In this document: one piece after another, positions 26,529 to 36,897 of the stretch
Layout: the number at the start of each line of letters is the position of its first letter
Position numbering within the stretch: the first letter of the stretch is position 1
Assembly (NCBI GenBank): GCA_002787155.1
Contig: PCVY01000064.1
Span: forward strand, 10,475-74,474
Direction: 5' to 3'
Length of the DNA stretch: 64,000 nt
From: Candidatus Abzuiibacterium crystallinum
GTDB taxonomy: Bacteria; Omnitrophota; Omnitrophia; Omnitrophales; Abzuiibacteriaceae
Made by a program: the position numbers and the translations under genes
The notes under the pieces: model-generated
Told to the model about the DNA's origin: nothing
Database searches by the model: none
The model's input: only the letters and a program-made list of their open reading frames with translations

Positions 26529-29228
26529 ATGTTCTCTCAAATGACATCAGAAAAATCAGATAAAAAAGCACAGGAAGCGACTAAAGATACCATCAAATGG
26601 ATGCATTCTTTAGAGTATCTTTTTGAATCAATTTTGAAAAATAAAGATATTCAAAACGCTTCTTTTCTTTTGGACAAGATTTTTGAACGTTTCAGAGCGA
26701 TGGGTATTCATGTGCCCGCGCCTGTCAATACGCCATACGTGAATACGATACCCTCGGAGAAAGAAGCTGCTTATCCCGGGAACCGTGAAATTGAAAGGCG
26801 TATCAAAAGTTATGTCCGCTGGAATGCCATGGCGATGGTTGTTAATGCCAACAGACGGCATAGCGGATTAGGCGGACATATTTCCACCTATGCGTCTGCC
26901 GCAACCATCTATGAAGTTGGGTTTAATCATTTCTTCAGGGGCGCAGATCCGAAAGCGGGGAGACCGGCTGACATTATTTATTTTCAGGGCCACGCTTCAC
27001 CCGGCAATTACGCACGTGCCTATTTAGAAAGAAGGTTGAGCGCAAGTCATCTTCATCATTTTAGACAGGAATTAGCCGAAGGTGGCGGTCTCTCATCTTA
27101 TCCTCATCCTTATCTGATGCCTGATTTCTGGCAATATCCCAGCGTCTCCATGGGACTTTCACCCATCATGTCTATTTACCAAGCACGTTTTTTAAGATAT
27201 TTATCTGCGCGCGGTTTTATTAAAGAAGAGCCGCGCGTTTGGTGTTTTGTGGGCGACGGCGAATCAGACGAACCTGAAACGCTCGGTGCTTTAACGCTGG
27301 CAGGGCGGGAACATTTGGATAATCTCGTTTGGGTGATTAATTGTAATTTGCAGCGCTTAGACGGTCCCGTGCGGGGCAACGGGAAGATTATTCAAGAATT
27401 GGAAGGTATCATGCGGGGTGCCGGATGGAACGTCATTAAAGTGATTTGGGGTTCTGACTGGGATGCGTTGCTCAAGAAAGATCATCATGGCTTGTTGGTC
27501 AAGCGTATGGAAGAAGCAGTTGACGGGGACTACCAAAAATATTCAGTGGCGCCCGGTAGTTATATCCGTAAACATTTCTTTGGAAAATATCCGGAACTTT
27601 TGCAAATGGTGAATCACTTAACGGATGATGAGCTCAGGCGTTTGCTGCGGGGAGGTCATGATCCGCAAAAAGTTTACAATGCTTACAAAGCAGCTGCCGA
27701 ACACAAGGGCCAGCCGACTGTTATTCTGGCGAAGACCATTAAAGGATACGGGTTGGGGGAAGCTGGTGAAGGACGGAATATTACCCATCAACAAAAGAAA
27801 CTCAACGAAAAAGAGCTCCGCGAATTTCGTTCGCGTTTCGACATTCCGATCAAAGACGAAGAAATTACCGAGACGCCTTTTTATCGTCCGCCGGTTGACA
27901 GCCCCGAGAATAAATATTTATTGGAACGACGAAAAGTGTTGGGAGGATTTCTTCCCGAGCGCAACGTCAAGGCACCGCCGCTTCAAATTCCCGGCTTAGA
28001 GAATTTTAAGGACATGCTCAGCGGTTCCGGAGAATTGAAAGCAGCTACGACCATGGCTTTTGTGCGCATGTTGGGCAAGTTGTTGCAGAACAAAGAAATT
28101 GGAAAACAGGTGGTACCGATTATTCCGGATGAAGCGCGCACCTTTGGCATGGACGCCCTGTTTAGACAAATCGGCATCTATTCATCCAAAGGTCAATTGT
28201 ATGAACCAGTTGATAAAGAATCATTTCTTTATTACAACGAACAAAAGAACGGGCAGATTTTGGAAGAAGGGATTTCCGAGGCCGGTTCGATGTCGTCTTT
28301 TATTGCGGCGGGAACGGCCTATAGTACTTTAAGCGTTAACATGATGCCTTTCTTTATTTATTATTCCATGTTCGGTTTTCAGCGGGTGGGTGATTTAATT
28401 TGGGCAGCTGCCGATTCGCGCGCGAAAGGCTTTTTATTAGGTGCGACGGCAGGCCGGACAACCTTGAGCGGTGAAGGTTTACAGCATCAGGATGGTCATA
28501 GTCTTTTAGCCGCTAGCACGGTTCCGACCATTGAAGCTTATGACCCGGCATTTGCTTATGAAATTGCCATCATTACCCGCGAGGGCATGAAGCGTATGTA
28601 TCAAGACGGAGAAGAGATTATTTATTACATGACGCTTTACAATGAATTGTACGAAATGCCCGCCATGCCAAAAGGCTCGGAAGAAGGCATTCTGAAAGGG
28701 ATGTATAAATTTAAAGAAGGTCCCAAAGATAAAAAACACAAAGTTCATTTGTTAGGCAGCGGTCCGATTATTCGCGAAGCCTTACGCGCTCAAGAAGTGT
28801 TAGCCAAATCCTACGATGTATCGGCGGACGTGTGGAGCGTGACCAGTTACAAGAAACTACGAAGCGATGCTTTAAATGCAGCGCGTTGGAATATGCTTCA
28901 TCCCAATGAAACGCCCAAAAAATCCTATATGGAGACCATTTTGGCAAACGAAAAAGGCGCTTTTGTGGCAGTGTCTGATAACATGAAAATCGTAGCTGAC
29001 CAGATTGCGCCATGGGTACCGGGCGGACTGATGACGCTCGGCACAGACGGTTTTGGACGCAGTGACACACGGGAGCATTTAAGACGGTTTTTTGAAATCG
29101 ATGCCGAAATGGTCGTGCTGGCAACCTTAACGTCACTGAAAAATAAAGGTGCAATTGAAGTGTCTGTTGTTCAGAAAGCCATCCAAGATTTACAGTTGGA
29201 TCCTGAAAAACCGTATCCACAGTACTAA
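26529..29228 (+). CDS. aceE: pyruvate dehydrogenase E1 component (homodimeric type)
   Basis: The length (899 aa) and the ThDP-binding motif GDGE-N (CFVGDGESDEPE...NCNLQRLDG) are typical of AceE. Confidence 0.9.
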   Translation: MFSQMTSEKSDKKAQEATKDTIKWMHSLEYLFESILKNKDIQNASFLLDKIFERFRAMGIHVPAPVNTPYVNTIPSEKEAAYPGNREIERRIKSYVRWNAMAMVVNANRRHSGLGGHISTYASAATIYEVGFNHFFRGADPKAGRPADIIYFQGHASPGNYARAYLERRLSASHLHHFRQELAEGGGLSSYPHPYLMPDFWQYPSVSMGLSPIMSIYQARFLRYLSARGFIKEEPRVWCFVGDGESDEPETLGALTLAGREHLDNLVWVINCNLQRLDGPVRGNGKIIQELEGIMRGAGWNVIKVIWGSDWDALLKKDHHGLLVKRMEEAVDGDYQKYSVAPGSYIRKHFFGKYPELLQMVNHLTDDELRRLLRGGHDPQKVYNAYKAAAEHKGQPTVILAKTIKGYGLGEAGEGRNITHQQKKLNEKELREFRSRFDIPIKDEEITETPFYRPPVDSPENKYLLERRKVLGGFLPERNVKAPPLQIPGLENFKDMLSGSGELKAATTMAFVRMLGKLLQNKEIGKQVVPIIPDEARTFGMDALFRQIGIYSSKGQLYEPVDKESFLYYNEQKNGQILEEGISEAGSMSSFIAAGTAYSTLSVNMMPFFIYYSMFGFQRVGDLIWAAADSRAKGFLLGATAGRTTLSGEGLQHQDGHSLLAASTVPTIEAYDPAFAYEIAIITREGMKRMYQDGEEIIYYMTLYNELYEMPAMPKGSEEGILKGMYKFKEGPKDKKHKVHLLGSGPIIREALRAQEVLAKSYDVSADVWSVTSYKKLRSDALNAARWNMLHPNETPKKSYMETILANEKGAFVAVSDNMKIVADQIAPWVPGGLMTLGTDGFGRSDTREHLRRFFEIDAEMVVLATLTSLKNKGAIEVSVVQKAIQDLQLDPEKPYPQY

Positions 29229-29329
29229 TACCGTTAGACATTTGATGATGGAAGTTTCTGGAAGGCGCTGTGTTTGTTATTTGCCGCAACGGGTTGTAAA
29301 GGGCATGCAATTTCAAATGTCTAACGGTA
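29229..29329 (+). promoter_or_regulatory. 17-bp perfect inverted repeat (TACCGTTAGACATTTGA / TCAAATGTCTAACGGTA) with a 67-nt loop between aceE and aceF
   Basis: The arms lie at 29229-29245 and 29313-29329 and are followed by a T-rich stretch. The aceF RBS (GAAGGAG) is 28 nt downstream. Confidence 0.55.
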
Positions 29330-29370
29330 CTAAAAATATTTTTCTTATCATTTTTTGAAGGAGATGACGA

Positions 29371-30705
29371 ATGGATGTTCGAGTTCCGATCTTAGCCGAA
29401 GGAATTAATGCGGGCACTGTCATTAAAGTACTGGTGTCCGAAGGGGATACCGTCAAGAAAGACCAGGATTTGGTTGAAATTGAAACAGAAAAAGCTGCAG
29501 CGCCTATCCCGTCCCCAGTGGCCGGCAAAGTAAATCGTATCCACGTGAAAGAAGGTGATGCCGTTAGCGTCGGACAAGTCATCATTTCTATCTCAGAAAG
29601 CGGCACTAAAAGCGCACCCGCTCAAACGGCACCAGAAGTACCTCAAAAATCTGCTCAGCCGGCCATTCCAGCGCCTGCACAAGTTATGCCGCCTGCGCCT
29701 CAGGCTTTCCAAGCGTCAGCATCTCAATTTGGGCCTGCGGCATCGCCGACAGTTCGTAAATTAGCCAGGGAGTTGGGTATTGACCTTACCCGCGTTCGGG
29801 GTAGTGAGCACGGCGGACGGATTGTGGTTGAAGATTTGAGGAATTATATTCAACAATTGCAGGCTGTCGCACTTAATCAAGCCGGGACTTCCTCGGCGCC
29901 TGCATCAGCTTCACCGGCATTGCCTCAGGTTGATTTTCGAAAGTGGGGCCCTGTCAAACGTGAGAAGCTTTCGTCTCTTCGAAAGAAAATCGGAGAAAAA
30001 ATGGTTGCTTCTTGGACCCATTTACCTCACGTGACTCAATTTGATGAAGCCGATGTTTCAGACATGCTGGATTTGAGGAAAAAATACGTAGCCAATTTTG
30101 AAAAACAAGGCACACGGCTCACATTGACGGTTTTAATTTTAAAAGCAGTCGTCGATGTCCTAAAACGGCATCCAATCTTTAATGCAAGCATTGATGACCG
30201 GGCAGGTGAAATTGTTTTCAAGCAATATTATCATTTTGGCATTGCGGTGGATACCGAGCAAGGACTCATTGTGCCGGTGATTCGAAATGTGGATCAAAAG
30301 AACTTGGTTCAGTTGGCGAAGGAATTACAGGAATTGGCGCAAAAGACACGTGACCGAAAAGTAGCTTTAGATGATCTGCAGGGCGGCACTTTTACGATTA
30401 CCAATCAGGGCGGTATCGGCGGGGCTCATTTCACACCGATTATTAATGCGCCTGAGGCGGCTATTTTAGGCCTGGGACAAGGGATGCGTAAACCCGTTGA
30501 TGTGAAAGGTGAGATTAAACTCAGAACCATGGTTCCGCTTTGTTTATCATATGATCATCGCTTAATTGACGGAGGTAAAGCTGCTAAATTTATCCGAGAA
30601 TTACGCGAATCAATCGAGGCTTTTAGCGAACAACCACTGATAGATGCGATGAGTGCGAAAAAATTGCCAAGCGGGAAAGATAAATTAGCGGGGAGCAAGA
30701 AATGA
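29371..30705 (+). CDS. aceF: dihydrolipoamide acetyltransferase (PDH E2), single lipoyl domain
   Basis: It has one lipoyl domain (IETEKAAAPIPSP), an Ala/Pro-rich linker, an E3-binding domain and a catalytic domain with DHRLIDG. Confidence 0.88.
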   Translation: MDVRVPILAEGINAGTVIKVLVSEGDTVKKDQDLVEIETEKAAAPIPSPVAGKVNRIHVKEGDAVSVGQVIISISESGTKSAPAQTAPEVPQKSAQPAIPAPAQVMPPAPQAFQASASQFGPAASPTVRKLARELGIDLTRVRGSEHGGRIVVEDLRNYIQQLQAVALNQAGTSSAPASASPALPQVDFRKWGPVKREKLSSLRKKIGEKMVASWTHLPHVTQFDEADVSDMLDLRKKYVANFEKQGTRLTLTVLILKAVVDVLKRHPIFNASIDDRAGEIVFKQYYHFGIAVDTEQGLIVPVIRNVDQKNLVQLAKELQELAQKTRDRKVALDDLQGGTFTITNQGGIGGAHFTPIINAPEAAILGLGQGMRKPVDVKGEIKLRTMVPLCLSYDHRLIDGGKAAKFIRELRESIEAFSEQPLIDAMSAKKLPSGKDKLAGSKK

Positions 30706-32132
30706 AAACAATTAAAACAGAAATTGTGGTTTTAGGTGCCGGACCGGGAGGGTATGCAGCAGCTTTTTATGCGGCCGACAAAGGCAAAAAAGTTATCTTA
30801 GTTGAACGTGACAAACAATTGGGAGGCACCTGTTTGCTGCGGGGGTGCATTCCATCCAAAGCACTTTTACATGCTACTGAATTTATAAGGGAAAGAGACT
30901 ATTCTAAAGAGCGCGGCATCGAATATCAGACACCGCGAGTTGATTTGGGCCGCTTAAACATCTGGAAAAATAAAGTTGTTGCAAAATTAAGTGATGGGGT
31001 CATGGGGCTGAGCCGCCGTCGGAAAATAGATGTGATGCATGGGCGCGGTTATTTTGAGAGTTCGGATATTTTACGTGTGGAAACAAGCGAAGGGCAGAAA
31101 TTTCTCGAGTATGACAAGGTGATCATTGCGGTAGGTTCGCAGCCGGCGCTTCCCAAAGCCTTTGATTTAGGCAACAAACGTATCATGACTTCAACCGAAG
31201 CACTTGAAGTAGAAGAAATTCCGAAAGACTTGCTTGTGATCGGTGGCGGCTATATTGGGATGGAATTGGGAACCGTCTACGCCTCCCTTGGAAGCCGTGT
31301 GGTCGTGATTGAAGCACTCGATGGTATTTTGAGCGGTCTTGATGCCGATTTGGCGCGGCCAGTCATGCAGTATGCGCAAAAACACTTCAAAGAAGTGCGT
31401 GTTAAAACCAAAGTATCCAAAATGGCAACAAAGGGTAAGAAAATTTTTGTGGAATCGGAATCAAACGGACAAAAGAAAGAAGAACTTTACGACCGGGTTC
31501 TAGTATCGGTTGGCCGTGTTCCCAATTGCCAGGATTTAGGACTCGAAAACACCAAAGTGCAGCGAGACGACAAGGGATTCATTCAAGTGGACGCCATGCA
31601 GCAGACCGCCGATTCTAAAATCATGGCGATCGGAGATGTTGTGGGGGGCGCTTTGTTGGCTCATAAAGCGGCGCGTGAGGCACGTATTGCCGTTGATGTT
31701 TTTACCGGTGAAGAAAATTCCTTCGACAATGTAATCATTCCGGCGGTTGTTTTTACGGACCCCGAGGTGGCTTGGTGCGGTTTGACGGAAGCCGAAGCTA
31801 AAAAGAAGGGCATCGAGGTGAAAGTAGTCCGTTTTCCTTGGGGAGCTTCAGGACGTGCTCTTTCACTTGATCGGCCTGATGGCGTGACGAAACTGATCAT
31901 TGAACCCCATACCGAGCGTGTGGTAGGCGTTGGTATTACAGGTAAAGGTGCGGGTGAACTTATCAGTGAAGGTGTTTTTGCTATTGAAATGGGTGCCACT
32001 GCAAGAGATTTGGCCGAATCTATCCATCCGCATCCGACGCTTTCTGAGACGTTAATGGAAAGTGCAGAAATGTTTTATGGGTATGCGACGCATACCTACG
32101 CCCCAAAGCGTTCTACCGCTCTAGATGCCTAA
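30702..32132 (+). CDS. lpdA: dihydrolipoyl dehydrogenase (E3)
   Basis: It has an FAD-binding GAGPGGY and a redox-active disulfide GGTCLLRGCIPSK. It overlaps aceF by 4 nt. Confidence 0.9.
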   Translation: MKTIKTEIVVLGAGPGGYAAAFYAADKGKKVILVERDKQLGGTCLLRGCIPSKALLHATEFIRERDYSKERGIEYQTPRVDLGRLNIWKNKVVAKLSDGVMGLSRRRKIDVMHGRGYFESSDILRVETSEGQKFLEYDKVIIAVGSQPALPKAFDLGNKRIMTSTEALEVEEIPKDLLVIGGGYIGMELGTVYASLGSRVVVIEALDGILSGLDADLARPVMQYAQKHFKEVRVKTKVSKMATKGKKIFVESESNGQKKEELYDRVLVSVGRVPNCQDLGLENTKVQRDDKGFIQVDAMQQTADSKIMAIGDVVGGALLAHKAAREARIAVDVFTGEENSFDNVIIPAVVFTDPEVAWCGLTEAEAKKKGIEVKVVRFPWGASGRALSLDRPDGVTKLIIEPHTERVVGVGITGKGAGELISEGVFAIEMGATARDLAESIHPHPTLSETLMESAEMFYGYATHTYAPKRSTALDA

Positions 32133-32150
32133 GTTCCGCAATCAAAAGCA

Positions 32151-32178
32151 TTGAACTTGATTCGAGTTTCAATATAAT
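32151..32178 (+). promoter_or_regulatory. sigma70-type promoter (TTGAAC-16-TATAAT) upstream of trxB
   Basis: A -35 lies at 32151-32156 and a -10 at 32173-32178. Confidence 0.45.
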
Positions 32179-32233
32179 ATTCAACGTGATTCAACTAATG
32201 TCTTCATTCTCTTGATTCTAAATGTGACTTAAT

Positions 32234-33154
32234 ATGCCTCAGAATTTCGACGTGATCATTATTGGCGGAGGTGGTGCTGGCTTGACAGCGGCATTGTATG
32301 CCTCCCGCGCTAAGCTCTCCACGGCTTTATTTGAAAAATTAGTTCCCGGCGGTCAAATTGCTTTGACCGATATTGTTGAAAATTACCCCGGTTTTCCTGA
32401 CGGCGTGACGGGCGGTGAAATTGCAACTCGGATGGAACAGCAAGCAAAAAAATATGGGACGCAGATTATTTATGAAGGGGTTGAGCAAATTCAATCGGCT
32501 AATAAGTCATTTGAGGTCAAAACCGCTAAAAACGCTTATCAAGCCAAAGCCATTATAATTGCTTCAGGCGCTTTTTACAGGCAATTAGGTGTGCCTGGTG
32601 AAAAAGAACTGATTGGCAAAGGTGTTTCCTATTGCGCTGTTTGTGACGGCGCTTTCTTCAAGAATCAGGAATTGGTGGTGGTGGGCGGTGGCGATTCGGC
32701 CATGCAGGAAGGGCTTTTCTTAACACGGTTTGCTTCGAAAATCACGGTCGTGCATCGGCGTGATCAATTACGTGCGAGCCCCATTTTGCAGGAGCGTGCT
32801 AAAAACCATGAAAAGATAAATTTTATTTGGAATTCGGTGGTCTCGGGAGTGGAAGGTAAAGATAAAATGACAGCTGTTAAAATTAAGAATGTTAAAACTC
32901 AAGAAGAAAAACCATTCAAAGCCAACGGACTTTTCGTTTTTATCGGCCAAGATCCTGCCACCAGTTATTTGAAAGGTTTTGTGGATTTAGATGAAAAAGG
33001 TTATGTGGAAACAAAGGAAAACTTAGAAACATCCGTACCAGGTGTTTTTGCGTGTGGTGAAGTGCGTGCAGGAGCAGTCAAACAGCTTGTTTCGGCCTGC
33101 GGCGAAGGTTGTGAGGCAGCATTAGCGGCTCAACACTATATCGAGAATACGTGA
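32234..33154 (+). CDS. trxB: thioredoxin-disulfide reductase
   Basis: It has GGGGAG FAD and NADPH motifs and a redox-active CAVC (SYCAVCDGAFF). Confidence 0.88.
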   Translation: MPQNFDVIIIGGGGAGLTAALYASRAKLSTALFEKLVPGGQIALTDIVENYPGFPDGVTGGEIATRMEQQAKKYGTQIIYEGVEQIQSANKSFEVKTAKNAYQAKAIIIASGAFYRQLGVPGEKELIGKGVSYCAVCDGAFFKNQELVVVGGGDSAMQEGLFLTRFASKITVVHRRDQLRASPILQERAKNHEKINFIWNSVVSGVEGKDKMTAVKIKNVKTQEEKPFKANGLFVFIGQDPATSYLKGFVDLDEKGYVETKENLETSVPGVFACGEVRAGAVKQLVSACGEGCEAALAAQHYIENT

Positions 33155-33173
33155 GGAATCGAGAGGAGCGTCT

Positions 33174-33482
33174 ATGAGGCGAGATGATTTTGAGAAGCAT
33201 ATGAACCAACTGCTTAATCTGCTCAAGAAAATTCTAAAGAATTATCCCGGCGGAGGGCAGGCTGCGCAATTTTTAGATGCCAATCATGCAGACAAGATTA
33301 ATGTTAATGTTTGTTTCTTTAATTTTCTTCCGCTATCCGAAGATGATATTGAAGAATTGGAAGAAGCTTGTGATGATTTGCTGGATCAGGAAACAGGTGA
33401 GCTGTCGGCCGAGGCCAAGTCAGAATTTACTTGGGATAAAAATGACGAGGATTTTCTAAAACAAAACGGCATGACTTTTTAG
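33174..33482 (+). CDS. hypothetical acidic protein
   Basis: There is a good RBS (GAGGAG). It is acidic (EDDIEELEEACDDLLDQE). I recognise no family. Confidence 0.45.
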   Translation: MRRDDFEKHMNQLLNLLKKILKNYPGGGQAAQFLDANHADKINVNVCFFNFLPLSEDDIEELEEACDDLLDQETGELSAEAKSEFTWDKNDEDFLKQNGMTF

Positions 33483-33501
33483 ATCGATTTTAAGGAAACC
33501 G

Positions 33502-34320
33502 TTGACGCGGAAGCCTTTACTTCTCTTTTTTCTTTTCCTTTTCCTTTTAATTTACCGTCCTTTTTCATTTTCCATGGCTTGGGCGGCTTATGATCACAGC
33601 GAATGGAATGATTTAACAGGCAAATATGTTCATTCCAATCTTGTCGATTATAAGTCGTTTCTGACTGAAATTGACAAGCTCGATTATTATTTAAAACGTT
33701 TGGCCGATATCCCCATCGAAATCTTTTCCGAGTATTCCCGCGAAGAAAGAATGGCATTCTGGATGAATGCATATAACGCAACCGTGGTTCGTATTATATT
33801 GAGTTTTTATCCCATCACATCTGTTGAAGAAATTCCGCATTTTAAGGAATATCGGGTGGTGGTCGCCGGGCTTTCTTATTCGCTGACACAAGTCAGAGAA
33901 AATATTTTTCGGCAAGGGTTTCGTGATGAAAGAGCAACGTTGGCTTTGGTTGATGGCACCAAAACGGCACTTCCATTACAGGCTGAAGCTTATATGGGAC
34001 CCCAACTTATCGATCAACTCACCGATCAGATCAATGCTTTTTTGACCAATGAAACTTATAATCAGATTAGGGTGAAACAAAAAAAGATTCGTTTATCTCC
34101 GCTTTTTGAAGAATTAGCACAAGATTTTGTGCTAGGATATGGCAGACCGGCAGCGAAAAGCCGGTATTCGGCATCAGAAAGAGCTGTGATCAGTTTTATT
34201 ATGATACATATCCGCGATGACGAGGTTGTGCAGTGGTTAAAACAAGAAAAGTTTAAAATCAGTTACTTGCCAAAAAACATGCAGCTAAACGATCTTTCCG
34301 GCGACGGGACATTTGAGTGA
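33502..34320 (+). CDS. secreted DUF547-family protein
   Basis: It has a TTG start with RBS AAGGA, a signal peptide and the FWMNAYNATVV motif, which matches the DUF547 NaYN core. Confidence 0.55.
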   Translation: MTRKPLLLFFLFLFLLIYRPFSFSMAWAAYDHSEWNDLTGKYVHSNLVDYKSFLTEIDKLDYYLKRLADIPIEIFSEYSREERMAFWMNAYNATVVRIILSFYPITSVEEIPHFKEYRVVVAGLSYSLTQVRENIFRQGFRDERATLALVDGTKTALPLQAEAYMGPQLIDQLTDQINAFLTNETYNQIRVKQKKIRLSPLFEELAQDFVLGYGRPAAKSRYSASERAVISFIMIHIRDDEVVQWLKQEKFKISYLPKNMQLNDLSGDGTFE

Positions 34321-35126
34321 TGAAAATCAAAGTCGCTTGCATCCAAATGAATTCAACGGATCACTTGGAGTTTAATCTGCATCGTGCCATTCAATATGCC
34401 TATTATGCACACCAGGATGGTGCTGAGTTGATTGTTTATCCGGAAATGTTTTTATTTCGAGGTAAACCTTCCCAGTTTTCTGCGGTGGCTAAACGCACGC
34501 AAGAAGTCCTTCACAAGTTCAAGCAAATGGCTTGTTTTAGCCGCGTACCGATGGTTCTGGGGAGTATTATTGAGCGAAGCAAACAGCCAAAAAAGTTTTT
34601 TAATAGTTCTTTGATGATTTCACCGCAAGGAAAAGAAGTAGCGCATTATCGGAAAAGGCATTTGTTTGATGTCGAGACTCCGAAAAAACAAAAGTGTCAT
34701 GAATCACGTGATTTCTTACCGGGGAAAGAAATGGTGACAGCCGACATAGCCGGCATCAGGTTTGGTTTTGCCATTTGCTACGACCTTCGTTTTCCGGGCC
34801 ATTTTAGACGTCTAGCGCTTGCCGGGGCAGAAGTCATTGTTTTACCATCTAATTTTTTAAAAGAAACTGGCAAAGCCCATTGGTTAAGTTTGATTCGTGC
34901 GCGTGCCATTGAAAATCAAGTGTATATGCTAGCGCCGGCACAAGTCGGTAAACACCCTGCCACTGCTCAGATGAGTTATGGCCATAGCTTAATTGTTGAT
35001 CCTTGGGGTGAAGTGCTTGCGGAGGGGAATGGAAAAAGCCCAGAAGTGCTGATGGCATCAATAGATACGTCAAAGGTAAAAGCCCTTCGTAAAAGCTTTC
35101 CTGTATTAAAATCTAGCCTCGATTAA
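34320..35126 (+). CDS. carbon-nitrogen hydrolase family protein (nitrilase/omega-amidase-like)
   Basis: The E-K-C catalytic triad context is present (YPEMF...; RKRHLF; FGFAICYDLRFP). The ATG at 34320 overlaps the upstream stop. Confidence 0.75.
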   Translation: MKIKVACIQMNSTDHLEFNLHRAIQYAYYAHQDGAELIVYPEMFLFRGKPSQFSAVAKRTQEVLHKFKQMACFSRVPMVLGSIIERSKQPKKFFNSSLMISPQGKEVAHYRKRHLFDVETPKKQKCHESRDFLPGKEMVTADIAGIRFGFAICYDLRFPGHFRRLALAGAEVIVLPSNFLKETGKAHWLSLIRARAIENQVYMLAPAQVGKHPATAQMSYGHSLIVDPWGEVLAEGNGKSPEVLMASIDTSKVKALRKSFPVLKSSLD

Positions 35127-35266
35127 GGAGAATTCCGGATTCATCCGATAAGGTGTGAAAAATGGGTGAAAACAGATAAATCAGCGTTTGACATTAAGAA
35201 GCCCAATCATATATAATTAACTCTCGAATTTGAAAGTAGTTACGAAAATTCTAAGCTTTAATTTCC

Positions 35267-35310
35267 CGCGCGAAGGTGCATGAATGGCATGCGAATTCGC
35301 GTTTTTTATT
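35267..35310 (+). terminator. rho-independent terminator candidate
   Basis: A composite hairpin CGCGAAggtGCATGaatggCATGCgaaTTCGCG is followed by TTTTTTATT. Confidence 0.45.
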
Positions 35311-35347
35311 CTCCGGGGGCATTAAAGATAATTCGTGATGTGAGGCC

Positions 35348-36175
35348 ATGCAAAAGATAATTCGGTGCTTTGAATTTGCCATTTTTGTCACCTTAATCAT
35401 TGTTTCCAGCTTGGTGATCGAACCCGGCCAATCACAAGCAACTTTTTTTGGTGATGTGAAGACAGGGTTTTATGATTTAAAATCCGACCGTTACGGCGTA
35501 TCGTATTTTATCCCCAAGAGTTATACGGCTGATCATGAATGGCCGCTGGTCGTGGTGCTCTATACAGATGAGGGTGAAAAAGGATCTCAGTCGGTTGAAA
35601 AATGGACGGCTGAGTTAACCAAAAGGAATGAGCCGGGTCTTTTTATTGCTCATTTAAGACCTCAAGATGTGCCGTTTAGTTCTGACAAGCGTATTTTGAA
35701 ACGCATCGAAGAATTTAAAAGCATTCATCGCATCGATCCGAAAAAAGTTTTACTAACCGGTTTTGGTGAAGCAGCTCATTACGCATTTTATTTTGCTCTA
35801 CGTTATCCCGAGACTGTTTCGGCAGCGGCCTTGATGGGCGGCGGCGCAGACGGCCCGTTTGCTGAGTTTTACAAGGATGCACAAAACGGAGCTAAAAAAT
35901 TACCGATTTTGGTGCTTTATGGTGATCAGGATAAAACAATCACGAAAGATAGTTTTATTCCTTTACATGAGCAGCTGTATCAAGAAGGTTATCGCTTGGA
36001 GTTGGAAGAATACGAGGGATTACAGCATTTGATTTACCCGGAATTTCGTAAACGCGCGTTGGATTGGTTTAGCCAATTGACAGTGACGCAAGCAGCCGAT
36101 CAAATGGCGGAACGTCCGTCCATGGGTGCGCTGCACACGTTTGTTTCAATTGTCCGCGGCGTTTTGCAAGGTTAA
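35348..36175 (+). CDS. alpha/beta-hydrolase fold protein (esterase paralog lacking the nucleophile Ser)
   Basis: It is homologous to the next gene, but the nucleophile elbow reads GFGEA instead of GxSxG. Confidence 0.65.
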   Translation: MQKIIRCFEFAIFVTLIIVSSLVIEPGQSQATFFGDVKTGFYDLKSDRYGVSYFIPKSYTADHEWPLVVVLYTDEGEKGSQSVEKWTAELTKRNEPGLFIAHLRPQDVPFSSDKRILKRIEEFKSIHRIDPKKVLLTGFGEAAHYAFYFALRYPETVSAAALMGGGADGPFAEFYKDAQNGAKKLPILVLYGDQDKTITKDSFIPLHEQLYQEGYRLELEEYEGLQHLIYPEFRKRALDWFSQLTVTQAADQMAERPSMGALHTFVSIVRGVLQG

Positions 36176-36180
36176 TTAAA

Positions 36181-36897
36181 ATGGTTTCAATCAGGCAGTT
36201 GGGATTGGCAGGTATTTTGTTCTTTGTCTTAAGTGTGGCAGGTTGTCAGTCATTGCGCCGTGCAGTTGTCAGTGAGCCGTTTGCATCAAAACAAATCGGT
36301 CATTTTACTTATTCGCAATTTGTACCTGAGACAGCCCGGAATTATCGTTCTGATCGGTCGCTATTTTTGGTTTTACACCCGTCCGGAAGTTCTGGAGAGG
36401 AATTTATTCAGCGCTGGATTCCCCTGTTAAACAATGGGCATGCCGTTATTTTAGCACCGACGGCGACAAATGAATTACCATACGGATCTCCCGAATTCGA
36501 AGATGTGTTATGGCAGGTATTAAACCAGTTCGGGTTTGAAGCTGATTCGCAGGAAGGGCGTCTATTTTTGATTGGCGAATCCAATGGAGCCATTTTTGGG
36601 TTTAGGCTGGTAGCGCAACATCCAAGCCGGTTTGAGAAAACAGTCCTGATTTCAGGTGCTTTGGAAAGTCAAGCATTACACGAATTATTAGATTCACCGA
36701 AACGGGTAAGCGCTCACTTGTTGATGGTGCATGGCCAGCAGGATGAATTGTTTGATATCGAAGCCATCAAAACGCAAGTGAAGATCTTAGAAGAGAATCA
36801 AGTGCCCGTCGAACTTCGTGTGATTCAGGACATGAAACATGGTGCAGATCCTTTTACGGAAGAAGAAATTGCGAAGTGGTTGAATTCATCCCATTAA
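36181..36897 (+). CDS. alpha/beta-hydrolase fold esterase/lipase (lipoprotein)
   Basis: It has a lipobox LSVAGC, a GESNG nucleophile elbow and a conserved His near the C-terminus. Confidence 0.7.
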   Translation: MVSIRQLGLAGILFFVLSVAGCQSLRRAVVSEPFASKQIGHFTYSQFVPETARNYRSDRSLFLVLHPSGSSGEEFIQRWIPLLNNGHAVILAPTATNELPYGSPEFEDVLWQVLNQFGFEADSQEGRLFLIGESNGAIFGFRLVAQHPSRFEKTVLISGALESQALHELLDSPKRVSAHLLMVHGQQDELFDIEAIKTQVKILEENQVPVELRVIQDMKHGADPFTEEEIAKWLNSSH

